Numbered from the stretch's first letter, positions 52,308 through 64,000 are shown. The stretch: 64,000 nucleotides of DNA from Haplodiscus bocki (GCA_965655095.1 OZ296650.1:127224001-127288000), one strand, 5' to 3'. Made by a program: numbers and translations. The notes: generated by a model not told the origin, from the letters alone.

Positions 52308-53131
52308 TTTATACATTCTAATTAACTTTTTAAAACTTTACCAAAATCTTTTTACATAGCTCAATCACAAAAAAAGGTATGGCGTCCGGCACTCAGTACG
52401 CGCAGGTTCGAATCCCCGTAGGAGACCTCATCGTCCTGCCCCCCCCCACTTCGGTTCACACTATACTACTTGCGGGGAAAAATTATAAGGAAGCGTCAGC
52501 GGACGGCAGGCGCAGTAAAAATTACACGGCGGCAGAATAATTATCCGGCGGCGGAATAATTATCCGGGCGGGCGCGGGTGGACCAAATGTTCAAAAAAAA
52601 ATCTCACAGTGCCGAAGATTGTCGCACACTGCCAAAAACACCTTATTCCATTGCAAGACATAACCTTATACATTAAACTATCTCAATACATTGCCGTCCT
52701 ATTTTATTACGAACCTATCTTAATGCATTGCCAAAACTATACCCTATTTTAATACATTGCCGAAACTATTCCCTATCTTAATACATTGCCGAAACTATAC
52801 CCTATCTTAATACATTGCCGAAACTATACCCTATCCATTGCCGAAACTATACCCTATCTTAATACTTTAAGAAAAAACCCAAGTATAACCCAAAACCAAA
52901 TTCTTGTCGGCAGCCAATAAGAATCGAGCAAGAAAAACCCTAAAACCTCGTCAGCCAATCAGAATGGAGTATCACAGTGCCGAAAGAAAACCCAAACGCT
53001 CTCGGCTCGGGTGGTAGACCCTTCTCGACTCTCGGCTCCTGCCGAACCGAGTCGGCTCGCTGTAGCCTATCTTATTACATGGAGGGTCTACCACCCCCCC
53101 CCCCATCTGATCAGCTCACACTCTTACTACT
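52308..53131 (-). repeat. Right terminal inverted repeat of Polinton 1
   Basis: Reverse complement of 35180-35975; ends ...CTCTTACTACT followed by TSD GTCTAC. Confidence 0.93.
52357..52428 (+). promoter_or_regulatory. tRNA-like Pol III internal promoter module (A box and B box), right TIR copy
   Basis: TAGCTCAAT...GGTATGGCGTCCGGC...GCAGGTTCGAATCCCCG. B box at 52405-52415. Confidence 0.55.
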
Positions 53132-54505
53132 GTCTACAGTGATGTACACAGTCGGTCGACAAAGGCATAAGTCTTTCTTTCTCAGCCAAAACTCGGCAAG
53201 TTAAACTCTGAAATGTGCTGGCGGGCATTCTCCTGGGTATTGAAGTTTTCAAGACCTTTGAATTACTCAGAACTATGAAAGTAAGAAATTGGAAATTGTT
53301 TATCGGAAAAAAAAATTCAAGAAAAACATGAAAATCATTGGATGACCATACAAAGAAACATTGAATTCATTAACTGGCCATACATATAGCTGACAGAGTT
53401 TTCATACTATGACCATAGAAAAAAAACAGGAAACTAATGGCATTACCATAAGCTGTTTTTTGCATGGCATTTTATGGTGCTTAGTATGATTTGCATGTCG
53501 AGTCAACCCGGGTAATTCATTTCATTACAACTGCGATATTTTTTAGTAAGTTTTTTACTTTCAATTGTGGTTGTAAATTCACAGCCAAGTTTTTCTGTTT
53601 TGTTTTTTAACGTGCTTTTGAGAAAGGTTAACAACCTTTTGTTTGAGTTTTTGACACCCTAACCAGACCAGCCAGTCTCATTTCTGTATTGTGAAAAAAA
53701 GCGGATGAGAACGTTATATTATTTACGTTTAGTATTATTGCCTCCATTCTCGGCTTGCCGATACCTGGTGTTGTAAACTGTCACCCTCATCTTGAGAAAG
53801 TGACCTTGATTTAGTACCAGAAGTATTATTAGACCTCATGAGAAAGGGACACAACAAGCAAATTTAGTTGAAGAATAATTCTCTGAAATTTACTGCTTCA
53901 TTTCATTTGGTTCCAGTACGATCTCAGTAAAAACTATTTCTATACGAAAGTTTTCAATCAACCCCGGTCAGAAATTTAACACGTCTATAAGCCTAACGTA
54001 TCCGACGAGAAGGCATTTGTTTGTGGGAATTATAGGTGTTTTCGCCTGTGATTCCATGTTGCATGCAGTTTGGATCGATAAGACATTTTCTAAAGATTTT
54101 ATTTTTGCTCGCATTAGCATTTTAGAAAATAAAACAAAAAACAGTTCAGGGGTCGAAACTTACTCGAACTTTTTTCTATGACAAGGACCGGGGAAAAGAA
54201 GAAAGGGGGCGTTGTCTCGTAGCAAAATAACGGCGTTCAGTGGCGTTTTTCCGAATTCAGTGCGGTGTACCGGTCTGTCGCAGCAAAATTTCGCCTTTGA
54301 CAAACCTTAGTCTTGTGCATTTAATTTTTAAAGGTCTCGTCTGAAGAAGGTCACTAAACACTAAAGCGACCAGATCAAAGGGGTAATATATATAGTCTCT
54401 CAGCAACCAACAATTGAGACGGTTGGCTAGTCCGGATGCATTCAACTTCGTCAAGTGTTGAACTGCAGAGCAAAACTGAGGTATAACATTCGAGTAGCAT
54501 GGCAA

Positions 54506-56333
54506 CCCGGGTCGAAATAATGGCCGAAATTTTTCTGGTATAAGGGCGTTAACGGCGGTCAAAATTAGCCACAGAAGCCGTTATTAACCGGAAAAATAGC
54601 GGCGTTAACGGCGTTTTCTTTGTCGGTATAAAGGCGTTAACGGCGTTTTGCTTGTCGGTATAAAGGCGTTAACGGCGTTTTTTTGTCGGTATAAAGGCGT
54701 TAACGGCGTTTAACCGGAAAAATAGCGGCGTTAATGGCGTTTAACCGGAAAAATAGCGGCGTTAACGGCGTTTTTCTGTCGGTATAAAGGCGTTAACGGG
54801 GTTTAACCGGAAAAATAGCAGCGGAAAAAACCGGAAAAAATGGGGGAGGTAGTTTCCGCTGCTGTACCAGTAAACTGCTGGCCAAGTTTTAACGCTGGTT
54901 TATCGGAAAAAAACATTGAACATCTTCTCCGTCAGTAAATTCGCAACACCTGGAAGCTTCATCTTCCCAAATGAAATCAGCCACAGCGAACAACAGCAAC
55001 TAAAAAGGAAAGACTATGAAGTTTAGTACCAAAATATTAAAAGATAGAGCAAAAAAAACATTGTTGGACTTATAACTGTCGAAAAATTCGAACTCGCAAA
55101 TGCAGTAAACAGTAAACTAAACAAAACTTGAAAAAAAGCTTATGATCGAAACTGTTGGAACTTTGCAAGACTAGAACTAAGAAGTCAAGTCCTGACATGT
55201 TCAACTTCTATATAGTCTTGGCTGGTCTTGACATGGTCACTGACGCAGGGCTACCACGTGCAAGCGCAAATTCAAAGCCCCATAATTACAAACAAAAATG
55301 ACAAAAATGAAGGACCTTCTGAAAATATGGGTTTCTTGAAAGAACCGTTTGAAGATTTCAACAAAAAAATAAAATAAACTTTTAGCCTAAAGCGGACAAC
55401 CCCGTGGAACACAAGGACCCTAAAGGCATCAATTGAACATGGTCCTCGTAGAAAGTGAGAGTTGAACTAAACAAAACTTTAAAAAAGGTAAATCAGATCA
55501 AAAGATCAAAGCAGTTGGAAGTTAGCAAAACAAGAATTAAGAATTCAAGTCGTGACATGCTCAAGCTTTATGTAGTGTCAGCTGGTCGTGACATTATCAA
55601 TGACACTGACATGTTTACCACGTGCCGGAGCAGATCCAGAGCTCCACCATTACAAAGAAAAATACAAAAGATGAAGGTCCTTCCGAAAGCATTGGTTTCA
55701 CCTAATAACCGTTTGATTCTTTCAGCCCAAAAACTCAAAACTTTCACGTTTGGCAATAGAGAACAAAACAAAGGAACCACAAAACCTCAAAGGTAACAAC
55801 TGAAGATGGACCTTGTAACCAGGAACTAATAAACTAATTTTTTTGAAGAGGTCTCCAGGTTAAAACTGTCAAGACTTCTGCAAGACTCCAACTAATCAAG
55901 TCGTAAAATGATCAGTTTTTTTGGTAAACTTGCTTGACCATGGCAAGTTCAATGACACTACCAATGCCGCCACGTTCAGGCCCAGACTCCAGTCTCCTGC
56001 AGTTCTTCTACATTTTGGACGAAATATGCTCTAAAAGCTTCGTAATCCTTTGTCAAATACATGATTGACCATGAGTTTCTCATTCATCATGGAGTGAGAA
56101 AATCAGATTTTTTGAAGACACAAGTTTTTTCTGGTATAACAGCGTTAACGGCGTTCAACCGGAACGCTAACGGCGTTAACGGCGTTCCTTGTCGGTATAA
56201 AGGCGTTAACGGCGTTTTGCTTGTCGGTCTAAAGGCGTTAACGGCGTTTTGCTTGTAAGTTAACGGCATTAGCGGCGTTAACGCCACTATACCGGAAAAA
56301 TAGCGGCGTTTTCCCAAAAAAGTTTGACCCGGG
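54506..56333. mobile_element. Non-autonomous EnSpm/CACTA(CMC)-like DNA transposon, 1828 bp
   Basis: AA|CCCGGGTCGAAA ... TTTGACCCGGG|AA with a 2-bp AA duplication. Dense GGCGTTAACGGCG and CCGGAAAAATAGCGG subterminal repeats at 54530-54840 and 56125-56315. No transposase. Confidence 0.8.
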
Positions 56334-57951
56334 AAGCATCAGCAAGCGTGTGAATTCAGACAGAAATCCAGGGAATCAATGTCATTAGCTAACACTATTA
56401 CAACCAACCATCGACATTTCCCTTCTCCATGTTTTGTACAACAACAGACGTTCCACCGTGCCTCTCTCGGACAGAACTTTCGTTCAGAGCAGGAACCTGC
56501 CACTGTAAAATGTAGTCTGTTTCAATTCTGCAATGACTATTTAGATACCATTTAGATACCATGTATGATTCAACTACCAGAAAAGTAGATAATAAAATAC
56601 CAATCCAAACCAATCAGTTTTCTAAAAACTGTTTTCGCTCGCTTCGGTCGCGTAACAATTTTTATCAAACTTTTTCAAACCAATCAAAAAAATTGATTCT
56701 AAAAAGTCTAAAATCTAAAAAATTAAGTATAAAAATAAACCTTAAAAAATTGACTGACAAAAACTAACTGTTGTAACAATTAGAAGTTGTAACAGTTGTA
56801 ACTGCATTTTTGTGATGTGTGTAAATAAATAATACAATAAATTTTTATTCGTAAAAAAATTAACTGTAAAGAGAAGCAACAGTGAAAAAAACGCAATCAA
56901 ATGTTCTCAAGGGTATGTCACAAGTGTGGCTAAATTTTTCCGAGATGAATGATAAAACCGATGAAAAAATTTTTTAAAATCTTTCGTTTTATTTACTTGT
57001 ATCGGTTTTTCACTATGCTTTAATGACTGTTAGAAAAAGTCCATCTCAACAAAAACCAATAGCAATGAAATATGACAACACATGTTGTGAACAAGCAAAC
57101 ATTTGAAGAGCAAAGCTCCTTCGGACAAGCAAATAATTTAAACAAGAGAAAAACTGAAAAGCCAACATATTGAACTCCACTCCACAAGAATGTACAACAA
57201 CCATCATCTAATTGAGAAATTTGGAATACTTAAAGAAAACTTTATCGATTTAGTTCCGAAAATTCAACAAGATCTTGAGAGAAGCAATGAAATTATCAAC
57301 ATAAGTTATCTTCAGGAATTGGCAGCAAGTATTGAAACAAATGATTTCAAAATGGCACAAACTTAACCTACGCAAAAATATTCTGCATGATCTCTGCAAA
57401 CTAGCAGATCAGGAGGAGAAAAGGAGGCAATTTAATCAAAACTTGGAAGCAGTGCAAAAAAGAAATGATATCAATTAAGCTCGGAAGCGGAAACGTGACC
57501 AAACTATGACAGAGAGTCCATAGATGACACGACAAAATTCTTCGGGTGACTAGATAGATGACTTGAAAAATGAAGTTTGAATCCTACGGATTCCAGGGTG
57601 ATTGGTACTTGTGGTGGGAGTTAATTTCTGGTGACAGTGAAAAATTGAAAATCATTGAAAATCTTTTGACGGATTGAAATTTAATTAGTAGCTAATCATA
57701 TGTGGTTCACAATTGTTTTCCAAATAAATCATCAATTTTTGTAAACAAAATATAGCTTTTTTCCATTTTATTTAAAAGAAAGTTTTTTACGAAAAAAATT
57801 GAGAAGATTCTCTTCCATGTAATGAAAAAGAAGGAGTTTACATAAATTTGATTACAATGGCGAAAGCATACAAACTAGAAGAAATGAATCTCTAAACACA
57901 GACATTGCATCATACGGAAACTCATCGCTGTTAAACGGTTTTGATTTAAGC

Positions 57952-58304
57952 AGTGTACAAAAAAGCATATGACACCAGGCGCGCAGGCCGCATCCTAATA
58001 TGACACCAAACATCCGACACCACAATCATAACATTACAAATCACAGGGTGTATAATTATATAATAACCAATACTTAGAAGAATAGCTATAACCTATAATA
58101 TACAAATACTTGAATAAAAATATATAATAATATTCAAATAATTGAATGAATAAAAATAAAAAATAATATTCAAAAATTTGAACGAATATAATAAAGAATA
58201 AATACACCCTGTGATTTGAAATGTTATGATTGTGGTGTTGGATGTTTGGTGTCATATGAGGGTGCGATCCTTTGCGACTGATGTCATATGCTTTTTTGTA
58301 CACT
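57952..58304. repeat. Foldback with ~100-bp inverted arms around an AT-rich spacer
   Basis: AGTGTACAAAAAAGCATATGACA...TCACAGGGTGTAT (57952-58053) pairs with ATACACCCTGTGA...TGTCATATGCTTTTTTGTACACT (58202-58304). Confidence 0.9.
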
Positions 58305-58504
58305 ACATAATTCGTGAAAGTATACAATTACTTTGAATTAGAAATAAAATTGAATTTATAAGATTTCTTTTTATTAGATAGTACTCTATCATGATATCTC
58401 ACATTTCGTTGTCCACGTAAAATATATTTTTTAGATTTAACATTATTTTTAACATATCTAGTCTTTTCAAATGATTCTTTTACTTTTACAACCATTTAAT
58501 AGCA

Positions 58505-61500
58505 CTAATTCCACGGTATAGTCTCAATATTATTTATATAAAATCGTTTATCACCGAAAATAGATAGTGTTGATTTTTTACTCGTTGCAGATACATTTCA
58601 TGATTAATTGATCTTATAGTATAATTATCACTTTCTCTTTGATATTCTTTTCCATCTAAACATTTTTTATGTTCCTGAAATTTAATATGTTTTGATTGAG
58701 ATTTAGAAATACCTTTTAAATTTTTTTACTATCATCTTTACATTTAAAAGCATACATTTTACTTCTCAGACAAATAAACTCGTCAATCCAAATTTTTTTA
58801 GGAGTTTCTTTTTTAAATTTGGCAATTACTTTTTTATTTTTGTTACTGAATAATTCATGATATTCATCTATGTTACTGAAATCAAATAAGTCTTCTAAAT
58901 TTCTCAAGCCTTCGATAATATCTTTTGTATTCACACTTAACACGAAGCTACCTGTATCCATGTAGTTTAATTGAATATTTTTCTTGTCCAAAATCAGGTT
59001 GTAATTGATCATAATATGTCTCATACATTAATAGTTTACTCAATTCTAACACTGAAAATCCTAAGTATAAAGGCTTATCCGTGAATACTTCATTTTGTTT
59101 AAATGTATAGCTATCAAATTTCTCATACGATTTACGAATTCCATTGAAAGTTAAATTAGACTGTTGTTTTTTAATTTCCCTATACTCATCCTTTTTAATA
59201 AATTTTATTTTTAATCTATTACGAACATTTTCCATTGTTTTTCCATAAAATGCATTATTTAGTAATTTATAGAGGTCTTTCTCATAATCGGTTTTAGCCT
59301 TATTTCGTTTCTCTGTATTAAAACTTATTTATTTCTCTAACCATCTACTCTGCTTAAATGAAACAACGTTAAGAACTTTCTCAACAATCATTCCAGGTCT
59401 AATATAAAATTTTAACATCTTATAATGAACCAAATAATTTTTTTTATCAGACCAATCACATATCAATTTTCTAGTTTGATTTTAAGTCCCAGGTTTAATT
59501 TTTTTCATAGAATCATTAAAAACATCAGGATTAATTTTTTTATATACAGGAGCAAATGGAAAATGTTTTGTTTTTTCTTTTATATTATCGGAATATTTCA
59601 AATCAACTTCAATGAAATACCCAATATCATTTTTATCTGGAGTTGTTAATATATCTTCTAATTCAACATTATTATCAAATTTAATTTCATCATAAGGTAA
59701 TGCTTCAGACATTGAGTGACCATCAAGATTATTAGCATCTACACATAATACCTTTTTATTTTCATCTGATATCACATATCTATATCCTATCACAGAGCTT
59801 ATACCACCACGTATATTATTCCCTAATAACAAAATCATATCTTTATCTTGCAGAGTTTGTAAGTTATTTCCTGTACATTTTAAACCACATTACCAAGTAT
59901 AACTTCGTGAACTAACACAATATAGAGGATTAATTCCAAATTCGTTTACAGATACTTTTATAATTTTTTCGAACACACAAGCTAGTAACAAAACATCACT
60001 TTTTAAACATATTTGTGTTAATTCTTCTCCATTTTTTATATTGAATTTTTTAAAAATAACCATTGTTCTTTCTCTTTCTTCATCACTAGGATAATCATTT
60101 TTTAATTTACTGAAGAAGTCTTCTTTTTTTAACTTTTCAACAGTTTTTTGATGATCTTGGATGCTATTAGAACACTCATATGGATAAGCTAATTTTTTAG
60201 TTAAATATTTCCATTTGTCCGGAAATTCTGTTTTTAAAATTTTCAAATCATTTTCACCCATGTAATTAAGTAAGGCTTTTTCTAAATTTTTAATTTTATC
60301 TGGATATTTCTTTTTTAAATCTTTAAAAGTTTTATCCTCTTCTAATATTTCGTTAACATTATCCAATATTTCATCGTTATCAATAATTTCTTCTTTCAAA
60401 TCTTTCAATGTTTTATTACTATTATCAACTAATGCTTGAACTAGTGAATCTAGATTGCTGAATGAGAATCAATAACTATCAATAAAACTAATACAACCAT
60501 AAGTCACCGATATGTATTTTTCATTCGTCTTAGGTATGATTTCAATTTTTATTTTATCATTTTTCTTATCAACCAATTTCTTGAAGAACATATGACAATC
60601 GTAATTAGAAAATTTATGAAATATAAATGGTGTAAATTTATTTTGATCTTGAGTAACATTAATATTACATTTACTATGAGCTGGACCTCTGTATTTACCA
60701 GTCAAATGACCATGATCTCTAACTTTATCAGATTCAATATTATTTTCGCAAAATCTACAAATGTTATTTTTTTTTATAATCTTCCTAATCTTCTTCTGTC
60801 ATAATGATATATTTTTTAGTAATTTTGAAATAGAAAGCCATTTTATTTTCTAATTTTATTACTTCATTAACAAACCAATCAACATTATCATATCCCAAAG
60901 GAGATTTATAAAAACCCCTTTTTAAAACATCTTCCAATTCAGATACTATTTCATAACCATTAAGTACCGGATTTTGTTTATAAATCTTAGTTGTTTTATT
61001 ACCTATACTAGAAAAATCTTTCTCATTATCAGCTTCGAAATCAGCATATATTCGAAAATATAAAGGATTCTTATGAAAGTGTTTGTTCCAATGAAGATGT
61101 GATTCCTTTAAAGTTTTGATAGTAGTCATATTATGATCTCCACAATTTTGTTTATGTCTCAATAACATATTTTCACTTGTATAAGAACTCAAACATTGTC
61201 TTCAATTATTTTTTTTGTTATGATCTCCTAAAAATTTATCTAGTTTTATCTAATAAGACCCTAAAAATTTATCTATCCTAAAAATTTATCTAATAAGAAT
61301 ATAATGGTTTTTGTCAATTGCTAAATCAATAACTCTATCTGAGTAATTTTTACTATTTTCAATAAGGATTAATTTATGTCTCCATTTATTCTGATCTCGA
61401 TAAAAATTTAATACAAATATATTAATAGATGAGTTATTTAATTCATTGAATCTGTGAACATCATTGTACTTAAATACATAACTAAAATCGAAACTTTGAA

Positions 61501-62364
61501 TGTTTAGTTCATGAAAATTTTCTTTATAATTTGCAACTCTGTTAGGATGATTATTATTACAAAGATGAAGACTAGCTAATATAGACCAGATAAAACAATA
61601 TTTACAATTTTTTTCATTATTCAAGACAGCGTTTGTTCTCAAAGGAATTTTAACATAATTTAAACCATTCAATTCACCAGTTTTATAAAAATATATTGTC
61701 ATTGAATTTAATTTATCAAAGGGCCATCCAAAATCTTTCATTTCTTGTTGCTGTATTTGATGTTCTAATGGGGATTTGACATCGATATTATTGATATCTG
61801 TTTCTGTTAAGTTTTGATTAATATTCAAATTAATGTACAATTCAGTTTCATCTAATACTTGATTATCTTCATCTTGTTTATCAAATCTAGCTGAGAATAC
61901 TGTTTGATATTTGAATTTATATCGATTTTTTAATCTGGCATAAATAACAGATAATTCTTTCATGATTTTTTTAATATAACGAACTTCAATTCCAAATTCA
62001 AGATATTTTGGTGTAATAGTTAATTCAGAATTAGCATGATTAATATGATGACCATCTAAGTTAATTTTGAATCCCACTTTCAAATGTCTATCAGTGAAAT
62101 AATAAGGATTAGGCAAATTTTTAGCTAATTCTTTATTTAATTGCTTATCATCTAGTTTAATATTTCCATTGCTATTTGTTTTAATGATTTAGGATTATAT
62201 ATTCTTTTGATTTTATTTTGAATAGGTTCTTAAAATAACCATTAATCTAGTTTTATCATTTCCTTTTGTTTTATATTTTCTAAATGTTTTTTACTTCTCA
62301 AATATTTTACATAAGATGCTTTATGAACATCAACATTACAAATTTCACATTTGCGGCTTTTCAT
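58505..62364 (-). pseudogene. pPolB: Protein-primed family B DNA polymerase with N-terminal zinc finger, vOTU-like domain and endonuclease VII insert
   Basis: CEICNVDVHKASYVKYLRSKKH (ZnF); KYCFIWSILASLH...NHYILI (OTU-like); IYADFEA (ExoI); VRDH.HLTGKYRGPAHSKCN (EndoVII); FHKFSNYD (ExoII); VDANNL.G.SM (A); KLLNNAFYGKTMENVRNR (B); YMDTGSF (C); DKRFYINNIETIPW*. Confidence 0.95.
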
Positions 62365-62417
62365 TTTCGCGTCTCTTTTTATATAGGATAAAATTTTGAA
62401 ATGATTTATCTGAGATC

Positions 62418-63990
62418 TCATTCTCCTCTACCTTTTAATCCAACAAAATGATTTGGTATAACAACATCATTCAAACTAATAAAACCATTTTCATATTTGT
62501 TATCTACGATTTCTTTTTCATCTCTATTTTTAATTACTGCATAGTATAAATCACATAAATTATTATTCACATTTTTAACCTGAGGCTTAGTCTGTAGAAA
62601 TTTCATTAATAATAACACTTCATAATAAATCGACCTTCATTAAATCTAATATTCATATTATCATAATAATTACTAATACTTTTATAGAATTTTAATTTTG
62701 TTTTACCTCTCAACTGTTGTATATTATTTATCACATCTTGTGTTGAGATATGATTAGTATTCACCATATTCATCCAAATTTCTTTTTTTCTAATAGCATA
62801 AATTATTCTAGTACAAAAATTATGATCTTGTCTAAGAACTTTCTTATCAATCTGATGTTTTTGCTTGTTGATTATGTATTCGCATTTTTTTGCAATATTA
62901 ACCTTTATTCAATTCTAACCAATTGTTTCTTTTACAAGCAGGACATGATGGTAAATTACTTTATCGTTGTTTAATATTTGGTTGTTTGTTTTTAGGATAA
63001 TGTTTAACTACTAAATGATCGTTATCATTCTTAATAACTTTTTGATTTCTCCTTATCTGAGTCTCATTTTGAACTTGATATTGAGTTCTGAGGGTTGTTG
63101 GAGGATCTCGTTAGCGTAATATTATATTTTCAGTTGGATGAGTTTTTATATCGATGATCTTTAACTTCAACATAATATTCTCCGTTTAGATATTTCATAT
63201 AAATAAAGCATATTTAACTATATGTACTAATAAAAATATAATTACTTTCATTATTCATATATGAATGTTTGTTATTATACTATATCGATCAAAAGCAATT
63301 AGATATAAGTCAAATTTTTCATACAATTATAATATTTATCAATATTCGTATATGAGTAATTATGTGTTATCAATATTATATCTACGAATACTTCCCATTA
63401 AATCATAAGAGTTTGTATTTTCATAATATGACCTATCATAATAACAAATCCATTTCAATAATTGAATACTATCATGTGCAATTTTGTAAATAATACTTGA
63501 AGTTATTGAATAATGGTTTTGTTCGAAATTAGGATTTTTAACATAGCCTTATATATTCTAATTGAAGTATTGTTTTATTTTTATATTTTTATTTTTTAAT
63601 GTAGATAAGGCTTCATATATTTTATCAAAATCATCACCTTCAAATATTTTATACAACTCTATACATATGGAAAATATTTTGACTTCAGCATATTTTATTC
63701 TATTTATAAAATTATTTTTTTTCTTGTATTTTAGAGAGCTCGTTTCTTCGTTTAATTACGCTGTAAACACATGAAAAGCAAGTCCATTCATATTCGTATG
63801 GAAGCAAATTATTTCGATTACAATGACCGCAATTTTTGGCATATTTTTTAATTATTTCATTTTCTGCTAATTCCCTTTATTAAAATTATTTTTATTCATT
63901 TAAATTTAATTCTTTCATAACTTGTTTGTTTTCATCGAGAGTTAGTTTTGTTGGTATTAATAAATTTTCATCATATCTCTCGGGTAAATA
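62418..63990 (-). pseudogene. Decayed accessory ORFs of Polinton 2, including a CxxC...C Zn-ribbon fragment near 62880-62950
   Basis: ORF 62418..62618 plus frameshifted fragments such as PSCPACKRNNWLELNKG..CKKCEYIINKQKH. Confidence 0.4.
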
Positions 63991-64000
63991 TTCATTTCTA

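Larger units (their letters stand above)
35180..53131. mobile_element. Full-length Polinton/Maverick (adintovirus-like endogenous virus), pseudogenised; pPolB of the VSR-nuclease-containing lineage
   Basis: 5'-AGTAGT...ACTACT-3' ends, ~0.8-kb TIRs and a 6-bp TSD GTCTAC (35174-35179 and 53132-53137). Complete core gene set: pPolB, ATPase, integrase, penton, MCP, protease. Confidence 0.97.
34769..53512. mobile_element. Non-autonomous EnSpm/CACTA(CMC)-like DNA transposon (~786 bp when empty), interrupted by the Polinton
   Basis: Ends are TA|CCCGGGTT (34769) and AACCCGGG|TA (53512), giving a 2-bp TA duplication. Both halves carry many ACCATA/TATGGT subterminal repeats and a shared CCAT.CAAAAAACAG motif in inverted orientation. 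Confidence 0.7.
57950..64000 (-). mobile_element. Second, AT-rich decayed Polinton/Maverick (endonuclease VII-type pPolB lineage), running off the window end
   Basis: pPolB pseudogene plus flanking AT-rich decayed ORFs on the minus strand. Left boundary uncertain. Confidence 0.8.

Noticed and set aside
52357-52428. Functional tRNA gene
   Set aside because: No acceptor stem or complete anticodon arm could be folded; kept only as a Pol III promoter-like module.
56560-57940. AT-rich segment with coding-like fragments and a CGCTCGCTTCGGTCGCG motif
   Set aside because: Multiple stops, no identifiable domain or termini; cannot be assigned to Polinton 2 or another element.

Overview
Eukaryotic, AT-rich, repeat-dominated region with no recognisable host gene. 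The repeat families suggest an invertebrate, possibly an acoel worm, but that is unverified recollection. (1) 1-~24.7 kb is a tandem array of ~12 copies of a 2040-2051 bp unit. Each unit is a 12-mer higher-order repeat (HOR) of a ~175-bp monomer. The array grades into diverged monomeric copies out to ~28.6 kb, like an alpha-satellite array edge. (2) ~28.7-33.2 kb holds very decayed retroelement remnants. (3) 35180-53131 is a full-length (17,952 bp) but pseudogenised Polinton/Maverick (endogenous adintovirus-like) element. It has AGTAGT...ACTACT ends, ~0.8-kb TIRs and a 6-bp TSD (GTCTAC). It encodes pPolB, packaging ATPase, integrase, penton, major capsid protein, adenain protease and several accessory genes. 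It sits inside a ~0.8-kb CCCGGG-ended EnSpm/CACTA-like non-autonomous element. Each TIR contains a second internal copy of the terminus and a tRNA-like Pol III A/B-box module. (4) 54506-56333 is a second CCCGGG-ended non-autonomous element. (5) From ~57.95 kb to the window end is a ~350-bp foldback followed by a second, more AT-rich decayed Polinton of the other pPolB lineage (endonuclease VII type). All calls are from by-eye motif reading; no searches were run.
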